Under the pieces are notes generated by a model. That model was not told the DNA's origin. It was given only the letters and a program-made list of their open reading frames with translations, and made no database searches. A DNA stretch of 64,000 nucleotides from an uncultured virus (IMG/VR IMGVR_UViG_3300020576_002679) (lineage: Duplodnaviria; Heunggongvirae; Uroviricota; Caudoviricetes), in IMG/VR virus record IMGVR_UViG_3300020576_002679. One strand, written 5' to 3'. Positions 47,503-56,491 of the stretch are shown here, piece after piece. The position numbers were made by a program, and so were the translations under genes. The number at the start of each line of letters is the position of its first letter. Position 1 is the first letter of the stretch.

Positions 47503-49809
47503 ATGAAAGTAAATAGAAAAGAACTGTTCTCATCGCAGGACGAAGTAAATTGGCATCGGGAAACTGTCCGCATTATTGAATACATAAGAGCTAACGGCAT
47601 CAAGTTCGTCACGTTCGACCTGTTTTGCGGGGCGGGAGGGTTCTCTAAAGGGGCGGATGATGCAAGGCGGGATGATGGCACACGCATGACGATGATTGCC
47701 GTAGGCATAAACCATGACCGGCTAGCGATTGCCGCACATGCCGTTAACTTCCCCGATACTGTGCACCTGGTAGAAGATATCCGTGATGTGAGGCTAGCGC
47801 CATTAGGTAAGATGGCTAGAGATATCCGCGAAGCCTGCCCACATGTTCGTATATGTATGTGGGTAAGTGCGGAGTGCATCCACCACAGCAGAGCAAAGGG
47901 AGGCGATAGCCGTAATGCAGACAGCCGTTCCCTACCCGAGGAGATATATCGCTATCAGGAAGCCATCAAACCCGATTTGATACAGGTGGAGAATGTAACG
48001 GAGTTCCGCTCATGGGGACCGCTAGAGCAAAAGGTGATTGATGTAAAGCCATTGCGCCTGAAAGAATACAAGTTGAAAATGGAAACCGAGCACGGAATCC
48101 TGCGCGCACGTAATGCAAAAACGTGGATAGACTGGAATACAGGGCTAGCTTTCAAAAAGGTGAAAGGCGGAGGTGTTGAGCCGTGGATGGTACCCGTTCA
48201 GGACAGGAAAGGGGAATTTTTCAACGAATGGCGCGACCATTTGAAGAGTTTAGGGTATAAATACGAAGACCGTGACCTAAATGCGGCAGATTACGGGGCG
48301 CGCACATTCCGCGTTCGCTACTACGGACAGTTTGCCATTGACATGCCTATTCAATGGCCGAAGCAAACACACGCCAAAGACCCTGAGAAGCATTTTAAGA
48401 AGACAGGAGTAATGCTGCCGAAACATTTAGCAGTCCGTCCGCTCCTAGATTTCGATGATAAGGGCCCGAGTTTATTTGTTCCGGGTAGAATTGACAGCCC
48501 TCAAACCTTCCGTAGAGTAGGCGAGGGAGGAATTAAGTTAATAGCAGGAGGAAAGGAAGCCTACAAGGAGCGCAGGATGCTTTACGATAAGTGGCTAAAT
48601 GGTTGGAAAGTAGAGCCCGCGGCAGATAATAAGGACGGTAACGGTGAGTTTATGATTAAGTTCAATAGTGCCGTTCCTAGTAAAGACAGCTACGAGCACT
48701 GTGTAGTAGATATTGACAAGCCCGCCCCAACAGTTCCGACAGGTCACTATGTAATGAAGGTAGACCCTGAATACTTGATAAAGTATAACAGTCACAAGCC
48801 CGAGGAAGGAGATTTCAAACACAGCATTGTAGACATTGACGGACCATGTTCGACCCTGCCTACGCGCAATATGATAGCCAAAGTGTTTCCTGACTTCCTC
48901 CCGTTTATCGTCCAGTTCAATAACGGATGCGATGCCAATAGCGTGGATGAACCTAGTAAAACACTAACCGGTAAGGATAAGTTTGCCGTGGCGTTTGTGC
49001 AGCAGGCTAATAACGGGTTTGACCCCGCGGGCATGAATGCTTCAGTAGATAAACCTGCGAGAACCATCACAGCCTCCGGCACTCAGTATGTAGTTCAGGT
49101 GGAACAAATCCTCCCATTTCTTTCTAACTATCACGGTAACGGGCATAACTGCCACAGCGTGGATGCTCCTAGTCCAACTGCATGCGCAGCGGACATTCAG
49201 GCGGTGGTAAACCCCGTTCCTTTTATCTTCCGCCAGTTCGGTAAAGCAGGAGGCGGGCATATTGGTGACGTTGACAGACCCGCGGGAACGCTTACCAATT
49301 CCCCGAAGATGAATATCGTCAGCCCTGATGCGTGGATAATGGATACGCATTACAATAACGTAGGCGCTAGTGTAGATGTTCCTGCTACTACACAAACAGC
49401 TAGCCGCCATCATTCCTACATAGTAAACCCAAGCTACAACGGAAACTCGCACAGCACAGACAAGCCCTGCCCCGTTGTTGTGGCTAGACAGGACAAAAGC
49501 CCGTTACACCTAGCACAGGTGGAATACGCGAACGAAACCTACTACGGCATCATCATCTACAAAACAGACCATCCCGAGATAAAGGAATTGAAGTATCTAA
49601 TGGCCTGCTATAACATCAAAGACTTTAAAATGCGGATGCTGAAAGAGTCAGAGCTCCTACAAATTCAAGGACTGCCTAAAGACTTCTTTGACCGTGTTAG
49701 GGCAATGGGAGTGAAGATAAGTGAAACCGCGGCTAAAAAGTATATCGGTAATTCGCAGGAAGCTACACTGGCTACTGCTATTTGTGAATCATATCAATAC
49801 ACAGTATGA
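47503..49809 (+). CDS. C5 cytosine DNA methyltransferase with repeat-expanded variable region
   Basis: DLFCGAGG, SAEC (PC-equivalent), ENVTEF, AADYGA..R.R, RML...IQG, IGNS. Confidence 0.9.
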   Translation: MKVNRKELFSSQDEVNWHRETVRIIEYIRANGIKFVTFDLFCGAGGFSKGADDARRDDGTRMTMIAVGINHDRLAIAAHAVNFPDTVHLVEDIRDVRLAPLGKMARDIREACPHVRICMWVSAECIHHSRAKGGDSRNADSRSLPEEIYRYQEAIKPDLIQVENVTEFRSWGPLEQKVIDVKPLRLKEYKLKMETEHGILRARNAKTWIDWNTGLAFKKVKGGGVEPWMVPVQDRKGEFFNEWRDHLKSLGYKYEDRDLNAADYGARTFRVRYYGQFAIDMPIQWPKQTHAKDPEKHFKKTGVMLPKHLAVRPLLDFDDKGPSLFVPGRIDSPQTFRRVGEGGIKLIAGGKEAYKERRMLYDKWLNGWKVEPAADNKDGNGEFMIKFNSAVPSKDSYEHCVVDIDKPAPTVPTGHYVMKVDPEYLIKYNSHKPEEGDFKHSIVDIDGPCSTLPTRNMIAKVFPDFLPFIVQFNNGCDANSVDEPSKTLTGKDKFAVAFVQQANNGFDPAGMNASVDKPARTITASGTQYVVQVEQILPFLSNYHGNGHNCHSVDAPSPTACAADIQAVVNPVPFIFRQFGKAGGGHIGDVDRPAGTLTNSPKMNIVSPDAWIMDTHYNNVGASVDVPATTQTASRHHSYIVNPSYNGNSHSTDKPCPVVVARQDKSPLHLAQVEYANETYYGIIIYKTDHPEIKELKYLMACYNIKDFKMRMLKESELLQIQGLPKDFFDRVRAMGVKISETAAKKYIGNSQEATLATAICESYQYTV

Positions 49810-50192
49810 AAAGAGTAATCCACTATTTTGCCGCACCTGGTATTCCTATTGAAATACGCCTAGGCAAGAGCATCACGCCAAAGACTATCCTGTCACCTTA
49901 TGTTATTTTCGACATTATCGAAAAGGTAACGGGTTTTAGTGCGCAGCAGTTGATTGGTAAGGACAGGCATCTAGAAATTGCCAATGCACGGCACATAACA
50001 GCCTACTTTATGCTATCGCATTGCGACCTCACGTTAAAGAGCGTAGGCAAAATCCTAGGAGGGCGCGACCATTCTACCGTATTATCCAGTAAAAATGCCG
50101 TGGAAAATCTGCTAGCTTCACATGATGGCAGGACTACCGGCACATATAATTCAGTAATCAACTTAATCAAAGCACATGGCAGAAATAGTTAA
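49806..50192 (+). CDS. Stand-alone DnaA C-terminal (domain IV) HTH protein
   Basis: IANARHITAYF...TLKSVGKILGGRDHSTV. Confidence 0.85.
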   Translation: MKRVIHYFAAPGIPIEIRLGKSITPKTILSPYVIFDIIEKVTGFSAQQLIGKDRHLEIANARHITAYFMLSHCDLTLKSVGKILGGRDHSTVLSSKNAVENLLASHDGRTTGTYNSVINLIKAHGRNS

Positions 50193-50469
50193 AGAGTCAG
50201 AAGACCAAGCACCATACGGACAAATAAAGAAAGTGAGTATTGAGATGGACGGTCATCATGCCCTAAACCTCCTATCTTTCCTCGTAGAGTTCGACCTTGA
50301 TACAAGACAGGAATTTTCATACCTGAAACGCTCTGTGCAACAATACAAAGAGGAGGTATTTAAAAAGTGCCATACTGAACACGTAGATGATGCCGAAATA
50401 CAGATAAAACTCGAGACGATGCTAGGGAATGCTCCCAATGAAAATAAAAATGGAAACAAAATCGTATGA
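50176..50469 (+). CDS. Hypothetical protein
   Basis: 97-aa ORF in the operon. Confidence 0.55.
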   Translation: MAEIVKESEDQAPYGQIKKVSIEMDGHHALNLLSFLVEFDLDTRQEFSYLKRSVQQYKEEVFKKCHTEHVDDAEIQIKLETMLGNAPNENKNGNKIV

Positions 50470-50659
50470 AAGTTCTAATTTCAGTATTCAACGGCAATCG
50501 CATTGTTAAGAATGTTTGGATTCACGAAGCATCGAGCGGCCATGAAAGGCACCGGGCAATAGGAAAAATATCGTGGACTCATTACTGGCTTGATAAAACT
50601 AGAGCTAAATGTTGCAGAAACCATCTTCTTTCTACACGATTAAATGAACCACAGCTACT

Positions 50660-50872
50660 ATGAAACAACATCACAATCCCTACGCACAGATGAACCACTT
50701 CGCCATGCACGGTCCGCCAAAGAAGTCAGCCGATAAACGGTACGACCTTGTATGGAACGGCCAAACTCTAGTAAGTAATCAGCCATACGGAGTGTGTGCC
50801 GGTAGAAAGAAACAGCTAATAGAAGCCAAAACTCACAATCCTAAACTATTCTCAATCCCCCAACACAAATGA
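50660..50872 (+). CDS. Hypothetical protein
   Basis: ATGA-coupled 70-aa ORF. Confidence 0.55.
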   Translation: MKQHHNPYAQMNHFAMHGPPKKSADKRYDLVWNGQTLVSNQPYGVCAGRKKQLIEAKTHNPKLFSIPQHK

Positions 50873-51072
50873 AAGACGCAGAAGATATTTGGAACGACTT
50901 CCTTAAACCTATGGTAGTAACAGCAGAAGGATGGGAGCTAATGCAGGAAAAAGCAAAGCAGACCGGGCTAAACGCCTATTGCGCCATCTTTCAAGTTACA
51001 CCTGAAATAGCCAAAATCAGAATACATCTACAGGCAAAGGTGAAGCGTAAACCAAAGAATAGAGTATTATGA
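50869..51072 (+). CDS. Hypothetical protein
   Basis: ATGA-coupled 67-aa ORF. Confidence 0.5.
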   Translation: MKDAEDIWNDFLKPMVVTAEGWELMQEKAKQTGLNAYCAIFQVTPEIAKIRIHLQAKVKRKPKNRVL

Positions 51073-51173
51073 AAAAGAAAACAAAGGCAGCCCAATACGG
51101 AGGATGGGAAATAGTGGGAATTATTTTGTTGTGGATAGCTTTGATAATGATTTCAATTAAGTTTGCACCATGA
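51069..51173 (+). CDS. Small membrane peptide (34 aa)
   Basis: MKKKTKAAQYGGWEIVGIILLWIALIMISIKFAP*; ATGA overlaps at both ends. Confidence 0.55.
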   Translation: MKKKTKAAQYGGWEIVGIILLWIALIMISIKFAP

Positions 51174-51559
51174 GTGAACAAGAACTGGAGGCGATATTTC
51201 CTATCGCCCAACATATAGACATTTTTAATCTGCCCGGTAAGTTTACCAGTGCGGAGCTTACCACGAAACTAGCCCTTCTACACAGGCGGAAGGGATGGCT
51301 TAACGTCCATGTAAGAGAATACCAGGCTAAACTTTCCAACAAGAACTATGAGGGTAGAGAATACGATGTAAACTCCCTGAATAACCTCCTGAAAGAGCAA
51401 TCATCCATCACTGAGCTATTGAAAGAGCACAATGTTTTACTCAAAAAGGCAATAGACCAACTGTTTATAGCGGAGGTGCAGCGCAGACATGGAAAGATAT
51501 TCGAGGAATGTTTGCAGGCGGCCAATGAAGCCTACGAAAAGAAAAACTCCCTACGATGA
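51170..51559 (+). CDS. Hypothetical coiled-coil protein
   Basis: ATGA-coupled 129-aa ORF. Confidence 0.55.
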   Translation: MSEQELEAIFPIAQHIDIFNLPGKFTSAELTTKLALLHRRKGWLNVHVREYQAKLSNKNYEGREYDVNSLNNLLKEQSSITELLKEHNVLLKKAIDQLFIAEVQRRHGKIFEECLQAANEAYEKKNSLR

Positions 51560-51831
51560 TTGAAACGCTGCAACAAATAGTAAGATTCAAAGCCATCCAT
51601 GACAGGCTAAAACAGAACCCGGCACCAACACTGGACCAGTTAATAGCAAAGGTGGAACTAAGGCTAGGAAAGGAAGTAGGTAAACGCACCATTCAACTCG
51701 ATATACAAAACCTCCGTTACAATCAGGGACTAGGCGCGTATGCTCCCATCAAATACAATAGAGCTAAGAAGGTGTATCAATATTCTGACCCGGAGTATTC
51801 CTTGTTTGGTACGCTTGAAAAAAATCTGTGA
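51556..51831 (+). CDS. Winged HTH of WYL-regulator type, lacking the WYL domain
   Basis: RFKAIHDRL...KRTIQLDIQNLR...APIKY...YQYSDPEYSL. Confidence 0.75.
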   Translation: MIETLQQIVRFKAIHDRLKQNPAPTLDQLIAKVELRLGKEVGKRTIQLDIQNLRYNQGLGAYAPIKYNRAKKVYQYSDPEYSLFGTLEKNL

Positions 51832-52228
51832 TATCCTTTTCGAAATCCCTGTAAGTAAGCGCTGTGTAGCGCAATACAGTCCATCCCTCATTTTGTGCTA
51901 GGTTATACTTCGTAGTATCTTTGCTGAACCCGGATATCGTAGTGTGCCGGCTCTTGGCTGACATCAACCCTTCGTATTCTATTGCTAGCTTCTTCTCCGG
52001 GACCGCATAATCAAACCTGAACTTCCGTACCTTGTGGAAGCGGTGCTCCTTTACATACTTAATCTTCTGCGCTAGAAATACCTTTTCAATGTGGAGTTTG
52101 GCCTGCGATGGCTTCACCGGCCCTTTCTTAGATGCTGACTTTTTGAAGTGCTCCCTAGCCTGCTCTACGGTCCATACTTCGCTAGTTTGCACAAATGCGG
52201 TATTTTTCCCGTTGGCAAATAGGAACAT
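51764..52228 (-). CDS. PD-(D/E)XK endonuclease (DUF559/Vsr-like fold)
   Basis: EHRFHKVRKFRFDYAVPEKKLAIEYEG...KYNLAQNEGWTVLRYT; true start may be GTG 52192. Confidence 0.75.
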   Translation of the reverse strand: MFLFANGKNTAFVQTSEVWTVEQAREHFKKSASKKGPVKPSQAKLHIEKVFLAQKIKYVKEHRFHKVRKFRFDYAVPEKKLAIEYEGLMSAKSRHTTISGFSKDTTKYNLAQNEGWTVLRYTALTYRDFEKDITDFFQAYQTRNTPGQNIDTPS

Positions 52229-52316
52229 CTAGAAATGCCGCACTGTAAAAGTCTGTTTGTGTGCCTTTAAAGTAAGCATCAACGTCCAGGATAAAATAAA
52301 GCTCTACGAATCCCAT
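52182..52316 (-). CDS. Small hypothetical protein (44 aa)
   Basis: MGFVELYFILDVDAYFKG...RICAN*, directly downstream of TATTTTTG (52321-28). Confidence 0.4.
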   Translation of the reverse strand: MGFVELYFILDVDAYFKGTQTDFYSAAFLDVPICQREKYRICAN

Positions 52317-52476
52317 GGCACAAAAATAAAAAACCCCCACGTATTAGGTGAGGGCTTGATTTTCTGTGCTTTCCTTCCGTGTAGCAAATTCCTAACTAAA
52401 TAGTTATTGATTGTGGAAAGCAAATCTCGGGTACGTAGCCACTTCTCAGGCTTCCGCAGTTTTGACCCGCTATAAA

Positions 52477-52776
52477 TTAGGCACGTATCGGAATCACGAG
52501 AGGTATATCACGGAACGCTGTCGCAGCGGAGGCGATACCCTTCTCTCCTTTATCCAAAGGGAACGTTTGATGAGCCTCAAAATCAATGAGCTCTTTTGTT
52601 ACGAATATTTCTAAATCGGAAATCTCATCATATGGATTGAATACAGGTAAAGTAGCTTCTGTCAAGTCATTGGTGCCGGCAACAACAATCAAGGCCGTAT
52701 CATCTGTAACGCAGGTATGCAGGAGAGCAGATAACCCCGCTCCACACATTCCTATTATGATTATTCCTCTTGACAT
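52477..52776 (-). CDS. Hypothetical protein
   Basis: 99-aa ORF between two structured spacers. Confidence 0.5.
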   Translation of the reverse strand: MSRGIIIIGMCGAGLSALLHTCVTDDTALIVVAGTNDLTEATLPVFNPYDEISDLEIFVTKELIDFEAHQTFPLDKGEKGIASAATAFRDIPLVIPIRA

Positions 52777-52895
52777 TACAGATGCTTTTTGAATGATTAA
52801 AAGAGCGGGGCTTCTGCCGGAAATCAGAAGAGTAATGGTCAGACTCAGTTTCCGTTTTCGCCCAACACTTCAACTTACTACTTCCCCGCCTTTAA

Positions 52896-53729
52896 TTAAA
52901 ATCCTCCTTCCGGCAGTTCAGGCTTAGTAGCGCCTTTAACCGCCCACATTGCCGCAGTTTCCATATCGTTCTGGGCACCGGTAAAGCCACGTTGAGCTAA
53001 ACCGCTTAAAGATTGATTTGCAAAACTTACAGCAATATTGAAGCAACGCGCAGCTTCCGGGTTAGTTGCGCGAGCTTCTTCCACTTCGCACACAGCCTTG
53101 AAGTCCTGACCAGTCTTTTTAGCATCCTCATCCGCTCTTCTTTCGATTTGTTGGATGAAGCCCGCTGCCAGTGCCTTAAGTTCATTTACCTTCGCATGGC
53201 CGCCCGGATTGAACGAAATACCTACACGATATTCGCCTAAAGTCAATTTTCTAGGCAATAAACCAGTTCCACTTTTAGGGTCCACTTCAGGCTCAGGCTG
53301 TTTATCACCTGCAAATACCTCCTCCTTTGCAACTTCTTCTACCAATTCTACCTTAGCAGCCTTTAACTCTTCTTCGGTTTTATCCTTCAAAGCATCCACT
53401 ACCGCGCAGAATAAGGCATCTTTCTTCTGCTGAAACACCGGCAATTCTTCGAACGGAACGATACAAGGGTGCGTTTTTGCATCGGCATCCTTTGTTTCTC
53501 CGTAAACCCAACCGGCATCTACTTTGTCCTTCATCCAAGCATTGTGCTGTGCATCTTTGCCGGCTTCAGGGTTATCTAAACGGAACTCAACGCCCTTGAT
53601 AGCGCTTTCACGCTGCCATTCTTCGGCTTCGTCCCAATCCTTTTGTGATGTGTCACCGTTGGCTTCACACCACGCTTTGTTTGCCTGATGGCAAACGATG
53701 GCGATTAATACTACCATTTCTTTGTTCAT
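52896..53729 (-). CDS. RyR-domain protein fused to Acb2/Tad1-like hairpin domain
   Basis: HNAWMKDKVDAGWVYGETKDADAKTHPCIVPFEELP (RyR), then LGEYRVGISFNPGG...ELK...ETAAMWAVKGATKP. Start MNKEM at 53729. Confidence 0.7.
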   Translation of the reverse strand: MNKEMVVLIAIVCHQANKAWCEANGDTSQKDWDEAEEWQRESAIKGVEFRLDNPEAGKDAQHNAWMKDKVDAGWVYGETKDADAKTHPCIVPFEELPVFQQKKDALFCAVVDALKDKTEEELKAAKVELVEEVAKEEVFAGDKQPEPEVDPKSGTGLLPRKLTLGEYRVGISFNPGGHAKVNELKALAAGFIQQIERRADEDAKKTGQDFKAVCEVEEARATNPEAARCFNIAVSFANQSLSGLAQRGFTGAQNDMETAAMWAVKGATKPELPEGGF

Positions 53730-53757
53730 GATATAATTGATTTGGTTAAAAAAACTA

Positions 53758-54402
53758 CTAAGTGAGCGAATCCAGGTGCCGGTAAATCCAACCCATTTCA
53801 GTATGACCGTTGCCATGCCATAACGCAGGAACGGTTTTATGAACGGTATTGATTATTGCGGAACCCTTAATTTGGAAATCGCTTTCAGGGCAAAATGCTA
53901 TCGTTTGAAACAAACTGCAGCGGTAATCTAGTCTAATCGCGTTATCTTCTGCCTCCCGATTTAGAAACCGGTCAGTTAAATAAACTTGATCGTTCAACTC
54001 ATTTGTAGGAGGGTTTTTCTCATACATATCAATAAACGCCTGTATCTCTCCTCCCCATCCACCACCGTTTACGAATCTCCATGGTGAATCATACTTAGGA
54101 TATAAAGGTTCTTTATCTGCATGAGGATAACATGCGCGCTCCGCGGAGAATATCAAACCATCAAAAAAATAGTCCGGCTGCTCCAACATAGCCACTGTGT
54201 CCCAAGCATCCGTATAAAGGAAATGAGAGTATTCGCGCTTAATACATGCTAGATGCTTATACGTTTCGTGTATCTTGCTGAGAAACCCATACCAAGGATG
54301 AACTATTATCTCATAATCCCACCCGAAAAAACCGAGCGACTTTTCCAGTTTATCACACTTACCTCTATTGTCGGTAGTAGTTATTAGCTTCAACTTCTTC
54401 AT
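53758..54402 (-). CDS. PLOD-type glycosyltransferase domain protein
   Basis: YTDAWDT, FSAERACYP, FVNGGGWGG, NDQVY, LDYRCSLFQ, HGNG. Confidence 0.8.
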   Translation of the reverse strand: MKKLKLITTTDNRGKCDKLEKSLGFFGWDYEIIVHPWYGFLSKIHETYKHLACIKREYSHFLYTDAWDTVAMLEQPDYFFDGLIFSAERACYPHADKEPLYPKYDSPWRFVNGGGWGGEIQAFIDMYEKNPPTNELNDQVYLTDRFLNREAEDNAIRLDYRCSLFQTIAFCPESDFQIKGSAIINTVHKTVPALWHGNGHTEMGWIYRHLDSLT

Positions 54403-55133
54403 AGCTTCTGATAGATTCTGTTATGAACTACGTTTCCTACAAATTTGTAATCGCCCGAATCAACTAGCGGGACCATTATTTCAAGAGTTGCGGCAGTGCA
54501 GGCCGCAATACCCTGAAAGAAACCATACGGCATCCTCATATCTGCGCAAGCATCATCTAACACCAAAAAACCATTGGCGTTCAATATCGGCATGTAATGT
54601 TTCATATCACTAATTACAGCATCGTAAGTATGGTCCCCATCAATATAGAGAATATCCACCTTCAATTTTTGCGCCTCTACGATAATAGAAGGTAACATAG
54701 AAGACCCGTGAAGAATGTTGTAATCCTTCTCAATTCCGAAATGGTCGTGCAGAAGCGCGATATCTGCCGCATAATCCGACTCCCAATTATCACCGGAAGT
54801 ATCAAGAGGGGTTACACCGTATCGAATTACCGTCTTCCCCTGCATATCAGCTATCAGGCGAATCAATCCAAGTATTTGCCCGCGGAATACACCAATCTCC
54901 ATAAAAGAGAATGTTTGCGGCATTTCTTGTATAATTAACCACCACATCCAAAGGAAAGAACGCTCTCCAAATCCAAAAATCTTTTGTGGAGTATCGTTAG
55001 CGCCCTCCACAAAATCACGGTAAGCCTTTAGCTTAGGTGAATTGTTTACCAGTGAATCAAATTGCTCCTTCACTGCATTGTGAAATTCGGGCGTATCAGT
55101 CCAGTTGTTTTGAAGTTCTACTAGATTTTGCAT
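54399..55133 (-). CDS. Class I SAM-dependent methyltransferase (Methyltransf_24-like)
   Basis: MEIGVFRGQ, DILYIDGDHTY, LVLDD. Confidence 0.85.
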   Translation of the reverse strand: MQNLVELQNNWTDTPEFHNAVKEQFDSLVNNSPKLKAYRDFVEGANDTPQKIFGFGERSFLWMWWLIIQEMPQTFSFMEIGVFRGQILGLIRLIADMQGKTVIRYGVTPLDTSGDNWESDYAADIALLHDHFGIEKDYNILHGSSMLPSIIVEAQKLKVDILYIDGDHTYDAVISDMKHYMPILNANGFLVLDDACADMRMPYGFFQGIAACTAATLEIMVPLVDSGDYKFVGNVVHNRIYQKL

Positions 55134-55942
55134 GTATTTAGATTAAGGTCAATAAAAGGGTTATAATAAAGAGGTTCAGTTCCGTTGTAATAGCCATCAC
55201 GAAGTTTGGCAAATGCCTCTCCGCTGCGCGATGCCTCATGCTGTTTCCAGTCCATGTATTTAGTTCCGCCCGGATCAATGTGAGAAATATCCACTCCGCA
55301 CAGGAAAGCATTTTTAAAGCCTGCTACACGGCTACGGCAGGAAATATCTACATCGTCATACCCATACAGTCCAGGCTGACGAAGATAGCCCACTTGGTCG
55401 AGCAGGGCGCTATTAAACATGGTGCACGTTCCCATGATATCCTCCGTTTGCTCCACAATCAACCATTTTTCACCGGGCTTGTGTGGAAGCATTACCAGTT
55501 TCGAACGGAAGAAGGAAGTTTCATGGTCGGGGAATTGTTGCAGGTCACGTCTTTTCAACCCTAGCACTCCTATAGCAGGGTCACGCTCTAGCGCATCCAC
55601 CATATCATCCACCCAACTGTTAGGATAGTGAACAATAACATCGTTGTCAATCTTGATAACGTGCTGACCGGGCTTACGGTACATGTTTATTCCCTGATTG
55701 ATAGCGTAAGCAGTTCCTTTGTTATCTGTGTTAGAGATAACAGCAACATTCTCATTAGTATTACAGAATCTATAGATAGCACTAACAGTTTCCTTACAAG
55801 AGCCATTATCTATAATCACAACTTTGTGATGTAGTAGTTGCTTCTGCAGTGTTCCGTAAAGCGTAGCAATAGTTAAATCAGTTCTGCCACTTCCTTCTAG
55901 GTCATGCACAGCCATACAAATCAATACTTCTTTCATATTCAA
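55121..55942 (-). CDS. GT2-family glycosyltransferase
   Basis: IIDNGS, NKGTAYAINQG, KIDND, MGTC, YGYDDVD. Confidence 0.88.
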   Translation of the reverse strand: MNMKEVLICMAVHDLEGSGRTDLTIATLYGTLQKQLLHHKVVIIDNGSCKETVSAIYRFCNTNENVAVISNTDNKGTAYAINQGINMYRKPGQHVIKIDNDVIVHYPNSWVDDMVDALERDPAIGVLGLKRRDLQQFPDHETSFFRSKLVMLPHKPGEKWLIVEQTEDIMGTCTMFNSALLDQVGYLRQPGLYGYDDVDISCRSRVAGFKNAFLCGVDISHIDPGGTKYMDWKQHEASRSGEAFAKLRDGYYNGTEPLYYNPFIDLNLNTCKI

Positions 55943-55945
55943 AAT

Positions 55946-56479
55946 TTAAAATGGTAAATCATCATCCTCTGCAGTAGTATAACCAGTCCACACCTTTGCA
56001 TTAATCTGCTCCACCTGAATACGGAACTGCTCGATGCACTGCGTCCACACAGTAACATACTTCTCCTTTCCTACTTCTATTTTGTTTGGCTGAATATAGT
56101 CCACTGTGCGACCTATCTTCTCCTCCCCCTGTTTCAACCAACAGAACGAAATTTTTTCATTCTTTTCAGAACCCGACACCCCGATTGTTATCGCCTTGTC
56201 AAAGTCCTTTACGTTGTTAATGCGGTCAAAGAAGCCCAACGCATAAAAAGATTCTGCCGTGAAGGTGAGTAAGCAGGTTTCATCTGTCTTTTCATCTTTC
56301 AAAGTTACACGGACCTTATCCATCGGCTTTCCCTCAAAGTCATCTTCGAAGATTTCTACCTTTTCCAGTTTGCCGGAGTAGGCATAGGCGCTAATATTTT
56401 GTTTCTTGTTTACGAGCTTGCCGCAACTTACGTTTAAGTAAAGTTTTTTGCCGCCATCGCCCTGAGAGTGCATACCCAT
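55946..56479 (-). CDS. Putative ssDNA-binding protein
   Basis: Beta-rich body with acidic DDDLPF tail; next to RNase H. Confidence 0.55.
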   Translation of the reverse strand: MGMHSQGDGGKKLYLNVSCGKLVNKKQNISAYAYSGKLEKVEIFEDDFEGKPMDKVRVTLKDEKTDETCLLTFTAESFYALGFFDRINNVKDFDKAITIGVSGSEKNEKISFCWLKQGEEKIGRTVDYIQPNKIEVGKEKYVTVWTQCIEQFRIQVEQINAKVWTGYTTAEDDDLPF

Positions 56480-56491
56480 AGTGTTACGTTT

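Noticed and set aside
52820..52870. Hammerhead ribozyme (GAAA and CTGA present on minus strand)
   Set aside because: The CUGANGA core and stem order do not match.
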